Shown here: piece by piece, positions 16,132-24,773 of the stretch
Layout of the letters: every line of letters starts with the position of its first letter
Numbering within the stretch: the stretch's first letter is position 1
Assembly: GCA_049966775.1 (NCBI GenBank)
Contig: JBMFTZ010000001.1
Location: 21,167 to 85,166 of the forward strand
Direction of reading: 5' to 3'
Source of the DNA: Candidatus Micrarchaeia archaeon
Lineage (GTDB): Archaea > Micrarchaeota > Micrarchaeia > Micrarchaeales > Micrarchaeaceae
Length of the DNA: 64,000 nucleotides
Notes under the pieces: generated by a model
What the model was told of the DNA's origin: nothing
Database searches by the model: none
What the model saw: the letters and a program-made list of their open reading frames with translations, nothing else
Program-made: the position numbers and the translations under genes

Positions 16132-18189
16132 TCACCCTAGCAGCTTGCCAAGCGTGCAGCCGCTGCCATACGTCGCATTGCCCTGCGCGGAGAGCATGTT
16201 ACCGTACACGCCTTTGTAAGCGATATAGCTCGGCGAGCCGCTGCCGAGGTGTATTATGGGCGTGCCCGCAGCTAGCAGCTTGTTGAAGCACTGCACTCCC
16301 GAAAGCGATGCGTTGGCAGAAATGCACGAATAGTTCTGCGCTGCGAGTATCGCCACGCTCTTGCCTTCACTCTGCAGCGACTTCTGCAGCGAAGCTGCGC
16401 ACAGAAGCTGAGCCGCATTGAACGAGCCCGAATCGTTGACTATTATGGCAGCGCTGTGCGCGCTGTGGAGCCTGCTCGCAAACATCGAAAATGGTAGGAA
16501 CGCGTTAGCGCTCTGCGCCGCTGCGAACGTCGCATATGTATAGATGAGCACCAGTATGAACAGCACTATGAAAACGATGCTCCACGAGCGCCTCACCCGC
16601 CTGTTTAGCTTTATCTTCTTTCTCTTTTTGAACCTTGCATATGTTAGCGAGTATACGAGCAGCACTATTATTACGCCTATTATGAACGATAGAAGCGCCG
16701 CATATGCTGGCGATGCGGCGATCTTGGCGCTTACCGAACCGGTTGGGCTGTATAGCATGTAGCTTACTATGCCCCCGTCAAAATCCTTTACCAGTGCACC
16801 GAAAGTGAACGGCGTGCCGGAAAATGCGGCTATGCCTTTGCTCACGGCACTCTCGTTGGCAAGCATCGCCTGCAGCGAGGAGCTGCTCACGCCCTGCATG
16901 AGCTCAAGGGCAATGCCCTGCTGCTCCGCGGAGAGCTTTGCAAGCTCTGGTGGCACATGCCTGAAATCCAGCTGGTCCCTTATCGCGGCGACAGATGCGC
17001 TGCTTATGCTGGAGTTGAGCGGAGCGTAGAGCGCGTCAAGCTTCGAATACAGCCCGGTTACGTTAGAGATGCTGGCAAGCAGCTCTGTATTAGCAAGCGC
17101 TATGCTCTGGTTTATGCCCAGCTTCTTTATTGCTGCAAAAGTGGCTACTAGTTTAGACACGCTCTCATTTAGCGTTGCATTGTTTATTCTCGACAGCAGC
17201 GCCTGCGCATTGAAAAGCGTGGAGTTGTATTTTGGCATTGTCGCATTGAGGAAAGCGTCAAAAGCGGCGGTTTCCTTAGCCCTCACTACAGGCGCTATAT
17301 ACGCATATGCGAGGTTTGAGGCGTTTGCGCTGAGCTGCATGATGCTCGCATTGGAAAGCGGCAGCATCGAAAGCTGCTGCACCGTGTTCTGCATGCTTTG
17401 CAGCAAAGTGGAATTGAAAGTGGTGTATTCGCACATTCCTATGTCGACGCAGTACCACGGTTCCTGCGTTGGCGCCAGATAGCTTGGGCACGAAGAAAAG
17501 TTTGAAGCGGAGAAGTTCTGCGGCACTGGAAATATCGGGTTCTGAGGCAGCACCGTTGCTATGTGAGAGATGTTGCTGAGGGCGTTTTTCATTGCGGATA
17601 TGCTCGCATAAGGATCGACAGAAGCGTTGTGAAGAGCATTGTAGAACGCGCTGTAGTTTGCCACGAGGTTGCCGTATTTCGCAGAGAAGTTCATTATGCC
17701 AAGGCCCATTACGCCTGTCGGTCCACCGTAATCGGGGAGCCAGTATGAGCATATCGGCACGGTCTGGCACGAGAAGCAGCCGTTTGTGGCGTTGCACGTA
17801 TAATAGTTAAGCCCTGTTTCTATGCGGCAGTCGTCAAGCGGCGGCGCGGCCTGCGCCTCGTAATTGCTCATTGAAGCATTGAGAGATGCGAGCACTGACT
17901 TGCTCGGCGCATACACACTCAGCACATAAGGCCTAAGCGCCTTGTATATCTGCGTTGCGTTTGTGAGCATTGAGTAGTTGCCATGAGTGGCATTTACGAC
18001 AATGAAAGAGATGCCGTGCTGCATTATCGTGTATGCATTGCCGCCAATGCTTTCATTATGCATCGAATAGGAGCTTATCGTCGAATTGGGCATGTATATA
18101 TGAAGGTACTGCACAAGCGACGCATTGGCGCCCAGTGCGGTAGTTGCGAGGAGTGAAAGCATAATTGCAGCAAGAATTTCAACGCGCAT
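16132..18189 (-). CDS. large sequon-rich surface glycoprotein with two TM helices and a C-terminal 4-Cys domain
   Basis: 685 aa. Signal peptide MRVEILAAIMLSLLATTALGANAS. By my count roughly 25-30 N-x-S/T sequons. TM hairpin around ARFKKRKKIKLNRRVRRS. The C-terminal ~125 aa resemble 15571..16125. Confidence 0.8.
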   Translation of the reverse strand: MRVEILAAIMLSLLATTALGANASLVQYLHIYMPNSTISSYSMHNESIGGNAYTIMQHGISFIVVNATHGNYSMLTNATQIYKALRPYVLSVYAPSKSVLASLNASMSNYEAQAAPPLDDCRIETGLNYYTCNATNGCFSCQTVPICSYWLPDYGGPTGVMGLGIMNFSAKYGNLVANYSAFYNALHNASVDPYASISAMKNALSNISHIATVLPQNPIFPVPQNFSASNFSSCPSYLAPTQEPWYCVDIGMCEYTTFNSTLLQSMQNTVQQLSMLPLSNASIMQLSANASNLAYAYIAPVVRAKETAAFDAFLNATMPKYNSTLFNAQALLSRINNATLNESVSKLVATFAAIKKLGINQSIALANTELLASISNVTGLYSKLDALYAPLNSSISSASVAAIRDQLDFRHVPPELAKLSAEQQGIALELMQGVSSSSLQAMLANESAVSKGIAAFSGTPFTFGALVKDFDGGIVSYMLYSPTGSVSAKIAASPAYAALLSFIIGVIIVLLVYSLTYARFKKRKKIKLNRRVRRSWSIVFIVLFILVLIYTYATFAAAQSANAFLPFSMFASRLHSAHSAAIIVNDSGSFNAAQLLCAASLQKSLQSEGKSVAILAAQNYSCISANASLSGVQCFNKLLAAGTPIIHLGSGSPSYIAYKGVYGNMLSAQGNATYGSGCTLGKLLG

Positions 18190-18223
18190 GTGGTCGCCCT
18201 TTCCATATATTATTGAGTAGAAA

Positions 18224-18233
18224 TATTTAAATA
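18224..18233 (-). promoter_or_regulatory. TATA box (palindromic TATTTAAATA) for 16132..18189
   Basis: TATTTAAATA lies about 40 nt upstream of the ATG at 18189. Confidence 0.5.
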
Positions 18234-18344
18234 CGTGTTGCCAAAAGGCGACGATAAAAATCCGTATTTAAGGAAGAAGCGCGGGCATAGATTCAAGAGA
18301 AGGCTCGGCAACAAATAGGCATTGAGGATTGAAAACAGAATCAA

Positions 18345-18395
18345 AAAGGATCAGAAAAACCTAAAAGAGAAAGAAAAAAGAAAGAAAGAAAGGCA
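18345..18395 (-). terminator. oligo-T-rich terminator region after the S-layer-like gene
   Basis: The plus strand is a purine tract (aaaagagaaagaaaaaagaaagaaagaaagg). On the minus strand this gives several T-runs immediately 3' of the stop at 18403, which is the archaeal intrinsic-termination style. Confidence 0.45.
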
Positions 18396-18402
18396 AGCAG
18401 GT

Positions 18403-21400
18403 TTAGCTGCTTGCTGCCTTTGCATATAGCTGCTGTATGAATGCGTTTGCCGCTGCGGTTGTCTGGTTGGCGTAGTAGCCCGCTATCAGTATGCGGTTTG
18501 TTCCATACGCCTGGTCTATCTGCGTTGTGGGCGTCATTGAGATGTTGTATGCCTTCTGCAGCTGTGCGCTCAGCGTGTTGACGTAGCCGCTTCCCACCAG
18601 TATCAGGTTGCTCGCCGGGTTTGCCTGTGAATCAAGCACTACTAGCGGGCTTGTTGGCAAGCTGCTCAGCAATACTGGCTGGTCTGACGTGCTGACTGAC
18701 GGAGTTGCCGTTATGTTGCTTATGCCCGATATGGAGTAGTGCGATGCCTGAATGCCCGATGCTGTTATGTTGGCTATGCTTACGTTCGGTAGGTTTGTTG
18801 CTTCACCTATAGTGTAGCCTGGGCCTGATGTTGGGTATATCTTGTAGCTCTTTGTTATTGTGGTTGTTGATGGACCTGCCGCGAACTGGAGCATGTCTAC
18901 GCTCTTCGCAAGGTTCAGTGTTACTGCTGTTGTGCCAATCGATGCCACTTCGCTGCCGCGCTCTGTTATGAAGCCCTGAGGCACATTGAATGGGCTGTTG
19001 TAAGTGTATCCTGAAGGCGTGTATGTGACGTTGTTAGAGAGCGATGACGGTGTTCCTGAAGGCGCTGTTGCATTGAGGTAGTACAGAGGCGTTGCAGAAA
19101 TGCCTCCCGTAGAGTTGGTTATGCCCACTGTTAGTGTGTCTGGCGCCGAGTTTACTCCTGGTACGGGATATTCTGGTATAGAGTAAGTGAAGTACTCATT
19201 CCTTACTCCTGGCGTTGACACGCTTGTTGGTGCCAAAGTGAATGTCTGCTGAAGCTGCCCGGGCTGCTGGTATGTAACGCTTGATCCTGAAGTGAGCAGG
19301 TCATAATTCTTTCCTGCCTGGGTGTACATTATTTCTGGTGATGAGTATGGAGACAGTGTTGCAAGAGTTAAGTAGTTGCCTGACGTGGGTGCGTTTGATG
19401 ATGTATATTCACCAGCGGATAATCCATTCACGTTTATCACATCCATAACATTGGCTGTGAACCCTGGATTTGGCACTGCTGCATGAGAGCTGAGGTACAT
19501 GTTTATGTTTGTGACGTTGTTGAATGGGGCCGACACTGGCAGATAGTAATAATAGTCACCAGCTGGGCTGGCCGTATCGAATGTTGCTGTTTGTGTTGTC
19601 AGGGAGTTTTGCGTTGTGTACCCTGTTACTGCCACAGTAAGTGGGTATGTGCTGGATACAAAGCTGTTTGCTGGCGCGGCTGACACTACTTCTACCACAA
19701 TGGCGTTCGCGCCGGATAGCGAGCTTGATATATAATTTGCAGTTTCTGTAAGCTCATACGGGTTAAGGTTGTATGTTAGCGTTGAGGTTCCTGCTCCTGC
19801 CACCGTGAATGCGTTTGGTATCTGGCTTGTCACTGTGAAGAGGTTTGCCGGCTCTGTTATTGCTGTGTCGTTTACTCCGTAGCTTGAACTACTGCCTGCA
19901 AGGTTCTGGTATGTCACGCTGCTTTGTGTTGAAGTCGCAAGCTGCAGTGCGTCGAAGTCAGTAGATCCCGGGCTTAATGTCTGGCCTAGGAATGTGAGCT
20001 TCCATACCGCTGGGCTTGTCATGAGCTCCATGCTATGGTCTGGAAGTAGAGTCTGGGAGTTTGCGCTTGTGCCATATATTGTTATGCCCTGAAGCTCGTT
20101 TGCAGAGCCACTGCTGGTTGCGTTTGTTGTCCACTGAAGCTGCACGTCGTAGTTGGGGTTTGCGCTGTTGAATGCACTGCCGCTTGAAAGGTTTACTATG
20201 TTGGAGAACAGCTGTATGCGCGCCCACCTCTGGTACGAATACAAACCTGCGAATGTCTGACCCACTTTCACATAAAGCGTGTGGCCGCTGACATTGAACT
20301 CAGTTGTGTTGAACCTTCCTATTGATGTCTCGTTTGTCAGTACTCCGTTGTAGTAAACGCCTATTGCCGCTGGTGTTCCGCTAGGATAGCTAAGGTCCTG
20401 CAGCTTGACCGTGAAGTTGCCTGCCGATATAGAGTGGCTTACATTTACGATTGTTGACGGTGTCATCGCTTGCGCCAGTGAGATTTTGCCTCCTGTGACG
20501 AAATTGCCTGAATTGACGGTTATAGATGGCGGACTAAAGTTGTATGTGGTATAGTTTGCGCCTAAAAGACTGAAGGCCTGGTTTGTGGGCGCGTTGCTTG
20601 TCTTCACATTTATTGGGGAACCGAATATTACCTGGTATGCGAGGTTGGCGTCAACCAGCGCAAGGCTCTTTGCATTTTGGTCGTATACTGGGAATCCTGT
20701 AACCCAAAGGCTTTCTGTTTCACTTGTTGGGCCGCTGCTTGATAGAAGTCCTGCTGGCGCTACTTTGAGTATGTTGTCATATGCTGGGTTGGTGCCCGAT
20801 GAAAATGACGAGAACGCAACGCCACCTCCGTTCTGTGTTGCAGTAACGCTAGTTGCAAGCGGAACGCCTATGTTCACGTAGGGGCTTTCTGCTGTATATG
20901 GTGACGACGCAACTATTGAATATTGCTCAGGATAAACGTATGGGCTGCTAGAACCCTGCAAGGACTTTGTTGAAGTGGCTGCACCTGGATTCTGCGGTAC
21001 TGCTCCGTTGAGCACCGAGCCTATCAGCGCGCTGAAGCCGTATGTTCCGCTTGATATCGCGGTTCCTGACTCGTTGAGCCAAACCTGCGGGTTTACAAGC
21101 GCGTGGCTTGACGAATTCGACACTGACACAACGTGCAGCACGCTTGCCGCCTGTGTCGCATTGACACTCGCGGTTACAGGCACGCTAGTGAATGCAAGGT
21201 TGCCTATCGCAGCTGCGATGTTTGCCGCTGCAACGCCGTCGCTTGGCTTGGCAGCGCTTCCCACAACGATCTGCACCTGTGGCGCTCCTGCGTTGCTTAT
21301 TATTGGCACGTTCTGGAATGTTACAGGGCTTGCGAACGCAAGGCCGAGTCCTAACAATGCCGCGCCTGCTGTTATCGCGGCTATCTTCTTTGCATTTATG

Positions 21401-21408
21401 CTATTCAC
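18403..21408 (-). CDS. S-layer-like surface protein
   Basis: 1001 aa, GTG start with AGGTGA 5 nt upstream. Signal peptide AAITAGAALLGLGLAFA. N-terminal QIVVGSAAKPSDGVAAANIAAAIGNLAF and C-terminal NLILVGSGYVNTL...RILIAGYYANQTTAAANAFI resemble archaeal S-layer N/C-terminal domains. Very Ser/Thr/Asn-rich with many sequons. Strong TATA. Confidence 0.7.
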   Translation of the reverse strand: MNSINAKKIAAITAGAALLGLGLAFASPVTFQNVPIISNAGAPQVQIVVGSAAKPSDGVAAANIAAAIGNLAFTSVPVTASVNATQAASVLHVVSVSNSSSHALVNPQVWLNESGTAISSGTYGFSALIGSVLNGAVPQNPGAATSTKSLQGSSSPYVYPEQYSIVASSPYTAESPYVNIGVPLATSVTATQNGGGVAFSSFSSGTNPAYDNILKVAPAGLLSSSGPTSETESLWVTGFPVYDQNAKSLALVDANLAYQVIFGSPINVKTSNAPTNQAFSLLGANYTTYNFSPPSITVNSGNFVTGGKISLAQAMTPSTIVNVSHSISAGNFTVKLQDLSYPSGTPAAIGVYYNGVLTNETSIGRFNTTEFNVSGHTLYVKVGQTFAGLYSYQRWARIQLFSNIVNLSSGSAFNSANPNYDVQLQWTTNATSSGSANELQGITIYGTSANSQTLLPDHSMELMTSPAVWKLTFLGQTLSPGSTDFDALQLATSTQSSVTYQNLAGSSSSYGVNDTAITEPANLFTVTSQIPNAFTVAGAGTSTLTYNLNPYELTETANYISSSLSGANAIVVEVVSAAPANSFVSSTYPLTVAVTGYTTQNSLTTQTATFDTASPAGDYYYYLPVSAPFNNVTNINMYLSSHAAVPNPGFTANVMDVINVNGLSAGEYTSSNAPTSGNYLTLATLSPYSSPEIMYTQAGKNYDLLTSGSSVTYQQPGQLQQTFTLAPTSVSTPGVRNEYFTYSIPEYPVPGVNSAPDTLTVGITNSTGGISATPLYYLNATAPSGTPSSLSNNVTYTPSGYTYNSPFNVPQGFITERGSEVASIGTTAVTLNLAKSVDMLQFAAGPSTTTITKSYKIYPTSGPGYTIGEATNLPNVSIANITASGIQASHYSISGISNITATPSVSTSDQPVLLSSLPTSPLVVLDSQANPASNLILVGSGYVNTLSAQLQKAYNISMTPTTQIDQAYGTNRILIAGYYANQTTAAANAFIQQLYAKAASS

Positions 21409-21454
21409 TTGCTCACCTAAACATTTTTTGTTGTTCTATTAGTCAATTGAAAAG

Positions 21455-21464
21455 TATTTAAATA
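21455..21464 (-). promoter_or_regulatory. TATA box (TATTTAAATA) for the S-layer-like gene
   Basis: The perfect palindromic TATTTAAATA lies about 50 nt upstream of the GTG start at 21408. Confidence 0.55.
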
Positions 21465-21660
21465 CATATGTTACGTATAATAATTTTTTTATAAATAAAC
21501 TTTTATACTTCGCCATTTGTCAAATTTCCCATCTTTTATTGACATAGCCCTCCGACGCAAGTTCGCTGATACACGTTATGTGCGTTATGCTGCTGCACAC
21601 CCGCGCGCATGCTTCCAGACGCGCCGGCCATGCCAGTCAGGGCACCTATAATATAGTATA

Positions 21661-21680
21661 ATAGGCTTAAATAGGCTTAA
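21661..21680. repeat. tandem direct repeat 2 x ATAGGCTTAA
   Basis: ataggcttaa ataggcttaa, read directly. It overlaps a TATA-like TTAAATAGG on the plus strand and abuts an A5 (T5 on minus) run. Confidence 0.9.
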
Positions 21681-21689
21681 AAACCTTTC

Positions 21690-21945
21690 TGGTTCGTGCA
21701 GCAACCCCAACCAAAGGGCTGACTGACTTTCTGCCGGAAAACCAGATTAACCGGGGCACCATGACATAAGGCAACACCGCGGGACCAAGCAGCCCGCTTC
21801 CCGCGCTAAAGCTTATCCCATGCCTGGTGTGAGCATACGGTTTGGAAGGCAGCAGACGCGCGCACCAGGCCTGCAAGAGTGTGCGCATTCGCCTGAAGAA
21901 AGGCGGCCTGCATCGCCCGCCTACGGATGACGCATTCCGATACTC
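21690..21945. ncRNA. candidate structured RNA, class and strand unresolved
   Basis: GC-rich block in an otherwise AT-rich ~540-nt noncoding gap. Hand-found helices: 21688-21694/21740-21746, 21757-21760/21826-21829, 21766-21770/21812-21816, 21778-21784/21799-21805, 21842-21850/21932-21940 (8 of 9 bp), 21860-21865/21881-21886, 21890-21894/21901-21905. The only ORF here (73 aa, minus) looks spurious. Confidence 0.4.
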
Positions 21946-21957
21946 AAAGCCCAGGAT

Positions 21958-22281
21958 TCAGCTGCATATGCCGTTCGAAGCCTGTGAGGAAAGCTTTGCC
22001 ATGTTGACCTTGAGGTTGTAACGCGCAAGAACACCGCTTGAATTATACGCTCTTATCGCGGTGATTGCGCTGCTGCTGCCGTTGTAGGCCATGCCTATGA
22101 AAGAGAACACCTGCTGCTTTGTAGGATTTGAAGGTATGTTAAAGCAGCCTGATTGCACGATTGTGGTGCTTACCCGGCGCTGGGGCGCGATCCTGCCGAT
22201 GGCGAAAAGCGCCAATGCTGCTACCACCATCACAGCCAGCGCAACCGTAATGTAAGCGAGTGATTTAGCCTTGCCGTTCAA
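21958..22281 (-). CDS. small N-terminally anchored secreted protein
   Basis: 107 aa. MNGKAKSLAYITVALAVMVVAALALFAIG, then a Ser/Asn-rich domain with 2 Cys. Confidence 0.55.
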   Translation of the reverse strand: MNGKAKSLAYITVALAVMVVAALALFAIGRIAPQRRVSTTIVQSGCFNIPSNPTKQQVFSFIGMAYNGSSSAITAIRAYNSSGVLARYNLKVNMAKLSSQASNGICS

Positions 22282-22420
22282 TCTGAACGCCCCTTATTTC
22301 GCTTCTAGCAGTGAAGGCATTCAGCTGTTCGCCAGAGCCTGCTTTCCAGTGCGCCAGGTTCTTCTGCAATAAGCGTATGTGGTGCAAAACTTTTATATTG
22401 GATTGCAAATAAATTCCGTG

Positions 22421-23293
22421 ATGGACGTATCAAAAAGCGCGCAGACGCGCGCGCGCTTGTACAACCTTATAAAAGAAGGCTATGCGTCTGCGCTGCTGCT
22501 AAGGCCGGAATTGCTCGAGCATAAGGAGAGCGCCAGGCTTATGGACAGGCTTGAGGAGCTGCTCGACAGGAACGGCTTTACAGTAGTTGCAAAATACAGG
22601 CTTGAGCAGAGGCGCGAGTTCATCGACGCGCACTACATGGGCGTTTCTGAGAGCGGGATGACAAGCAAGCTTGCCGAAAGCGGCATAAAGATACTGCTGC
22701 TGCTGGGCTACGAGAAGCTGAACATAGCGGATGTAACTGAAAGGCTTAAGGCATATCATTATATTAGTGACACAGATGCGCAGGCGGTTGCGGGGAGCAT
22801 GCCGCTCCTGAAGAGGCTCGCCGCGGAGCTATTGAATAGCGGGCGCAAGGACATGAATGGGATGGTCACGCTTCTTGGCATTTTTGACAGGGAAGAGCGC
22901 GGCGCCGCCATAAGGGCTCTCGAAGCGCTGGGCTCGGCGCTGCTTAACGTGGAATACAGGAACATAGGCAGCGCGCTAGAGCTATGGGTCGTGTGCAGCA
23001 AGGAGGGCAACGCAAGCTCAAGGCTTTATGCACTGAGGGGCGGCACCGATCCGCTCCTTGCAAACCCAAACAGTATGCGCGGAGCCCTGAAAGAGGTAAG
23101 CGAAGGCAAGAGCCTGGCGTGGAATCTGCTCAACAGGGGCGTTGTCTGCCAGATTGTGCATACGGAGCCCAGCGCCGAGGGCATAATAGACATGCTGGAA
23201 AGGTTCGCCAAGCACGGGCTTATGAGCGCGGGTGACATGGATGCGCTTGCTGAAAAGCTTAATAATCTGCTTGGCAAAGAATCAATGCGGTGA
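22421..23293 (+). CDS. nucleoside-diphosphate-kinase-like protein with a large insertion or partial duplication
   Basis: Track ORF is 22379..23293; ATG at 22421 fits a TATA (CTTTTATATTGG) about 26 nt upstream and would be leaderless. NDK-like blocks: ALLLRPELLEH.., RLEELLDRNGFTVVAKYRLEQRREFIDAHY, LRGGTDPLLANPNSMRGAL, CQIVHTEPSAEGIIDMLERF. About 100 extra residues lie between them. Confidence 0.5.
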   Translation: MDVSKSAQTRARLYNLIKEGYASALLLRPELLEHKESARLMDRLEELLDRNGFTVVAKYRLEQRREFIDAHYMGVSESGMTSKLAESGIKILLLLGYEKLNIADVTERLKAYHYISDTDAQAVAGSMPLLKRLAAELLNSGRKDMNGMVTLLGIFDREERGAAIRALEALGSALLNVEYRNIGSALELWVVCSKEGNASSRLYALRGGTDPLLANPNSMRGALKEVSEGKSLAWNLLNRGVVCQIVHTEPSAEGIIDMLERFAKHGLMSAGDMDALAEKLNNLLGKESMR

Positions 23294-23297
23294 CAAT

Positions 23298-23762
23298 ATG
23301 CGCGCTTACATAGAGATGGAGGCTGGATCGAGGGTAAAGCACGTCTTCAACGAGAAGAAGAAAGAGCTGCTCATGCATAGATTGCTTAAGGAACCGCTCA
23401 TAGAGCCTTTCTGCTACGGCTTCATAAAGGGCACAAAGAGCGGGGACGGCGACGCGCTTGACGTGTTCGTTATGAGCAGCAGGCACATAAGTGCTGGCGA
23501 TGAGGTGGACGCCGAGCCGATAGGCGTACTCTACTCAGAGGACGAGATGGGCGAGGACAACAAGATCATCGCGGTCGAGAAATACGACAAGTCATATGGC
23601 GGTATGCTGGACATATCGCAGGTAGACAAGAGGCTGCTCTATGCGCTGCTCTACCAGATAGAGCACAACAAGGACGGCCTTGAAGGTAGGTTCACAAAGA
23701 TAAAAGGCATCGGCAACGCGAAAGAGGCCAAAGACGCGATAGAAAAGGCTTCGGCGCAATAG
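23298..23762 (+). CDS. ppa: inorganic pyrophosphatase (family I)
   Basis: Start at ATG 23298, just after the upstream stop; the track ORF begins at 23232. Motifs EMEAGSRVKHVF, PFCYGFIKGTKSGDGDALDVFVM, DEMGEDNKIIAV. Confidence 0.85.
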   Translation: MRAYIEMEAGSRVKHVFNEKKKELLMHRLLKEPLIEPFCYGFIKGTKSGDGDALDVFVMSSRHISAGDEVDAEPIGVLYSEDEMGEDNKIIAVEKYDKSYGGMLDISQVDKRLLYALLYQIEHNKDGLEGRFTKIKGIGNAKEAKDAIEKASAQ

Positions 23763-23904
23763 CACTTATGGCAATTTCACGAAGTTGTCCGTTGCCGCTA
23801 TTCTGTATGCATTTGTTCATATATTTTTGTTAATTGATGCATACGTTTTAGGAAAAGAGCAAAAAACAAGAAGTAATTTAAAGACGGAATAAAAAACCAG
23901 ATAG

Positions 23905-24717
23905 ATGGAAAGCATAAAGGTAAAAGGCGTAGATCTAACCATAGAGATGAAGCTCAAAGACACAAAGAATGCAACTGCAAGGCTCAGGAATGGAGTTATA
24001 CTTGTTACGCTGCCGGTGCGCCTTGGCGAAGAGCACAGGAAAGAGATATACGAAAAGCTCAAGTCAAGAATGATAAGAAGAATAGAAAAAAGAGGCATAA
24101 GCGAATTCCAAAGCGGTGGCATTGAAATCAAGGACGGCCAGTCTATAAGCGCAATGGGAAGAAGCTTCACAGTCAGCATAAGGCATTGCAATAACAAGCG
24201 CTATTCCGGCGCAAGAGTGAGGGGCAACGAGATAGAGATAAGGCTTGCGAGCGTTGTTGGCAAGGAGCTTGAAGGCAGGGTTGCTTCCATGCTTGCGATA
24301 AAGGCAATCTCAAGGGCTTTGCAGATGAGCATTGAAAAAAGAGTAAGAGAGCTCAACGCGGCGCATTTCAAAGCCCAAATAAACAGGGTGCGCATAAGGG
24401 ACAACACAACGCTATGGGGCAGCTACAGCATGAAGAGCGGGAACATAAGCATCAACTTCAAGCTTCTTCTTGCTCCTTCCGATATGTTGGACTATGTGAT
24501 AATACACGAGCTTGCCCATACAAGAGTGCACAATCACAGCAGGAGATTTTGGGCCCTTGTTGCAGGCGCAATGCCTAACTACATGGAAAAGAGAAGATGG
24601 CTCAGGAGGAACGGTGGCCTGCTTGGCATGGCGGCAAGCGCAGGGGCAAGCGCTGCCGGAGCGGGGCCCAAATGCCTGGGCGGACCAGAAAACACGGTAG
24701 AGCACAGCAAGATATAG
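23905..24717 (+). CDS. YgjP/DUF45-type (M48/SprT-like) metal-dependent hydrolase
   Basis: 270 aa. LDYVIIHELAHTRVHNHSRRFWALVAGAMPNYMEKRRWLRRNG contains the HExxH motif and is typical of DUF45. Confidence 0.8.
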   Translation: MESIKVKGVDLTIEMKLKDTKNATARLRNGVILVTLPVRLGEEHRKEIYEKLKSRMIRRIEKRGISEFQSGGIEIKDGQSISAMGRSFTVSIRHCNNKRYSGARVRGNEIEIRLASVVGKELEGRVASMLAIKAISRALQMSIEKRVRELNAAHFKAQINRVRIRDNTTLWGSYSMKSGNISINFKLLLAPSDMLDYVIIHELAHTRVHNHSRRFWALVAGAMPNYMEKRRWLRRNGGLLGMAASAGASAAGAGPKCLGGPENTVEHSKI

Positions 24718-24773
24718 ATACTTTTCTGGTCATATTTAGCTGATTCTCAAAGTTGTGCGGATGTGTGCTTTCA

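Noticed and set aside
21667-21888. 73-aa minus-strand ORF inside the GC-rich structured block
   Set aside because: It has a basic, Pro/Arg/Gly-rich composition, no start context and no homology. The region folds into extensive helices, so an RNA or UTR explanation is preferred.
21690-21945. Specific assignment of the structured block as SRP RNA or RNase P RNA
   Set aside because: I could not find a GNAR tetraloop with a 3' AGCA asymmetric loop (SRP helix 8). I also could not find the GGAAAGUCC / ACAGAA-CCGGCUUA strands of P4 on either strand. It is kept only as an unclassified candidate.
21958-22281. Class III (type IV pilin-like) signal peptide in the 107-aa protein
   Set aside because: MNGKAKSLAYITVAL.. 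has a charged stretch followed by a hydrophobic stretch. It lacks a convincing G/A/S at position -1 with the usual following pattern. No PilB/PilC-type genes are nearby.
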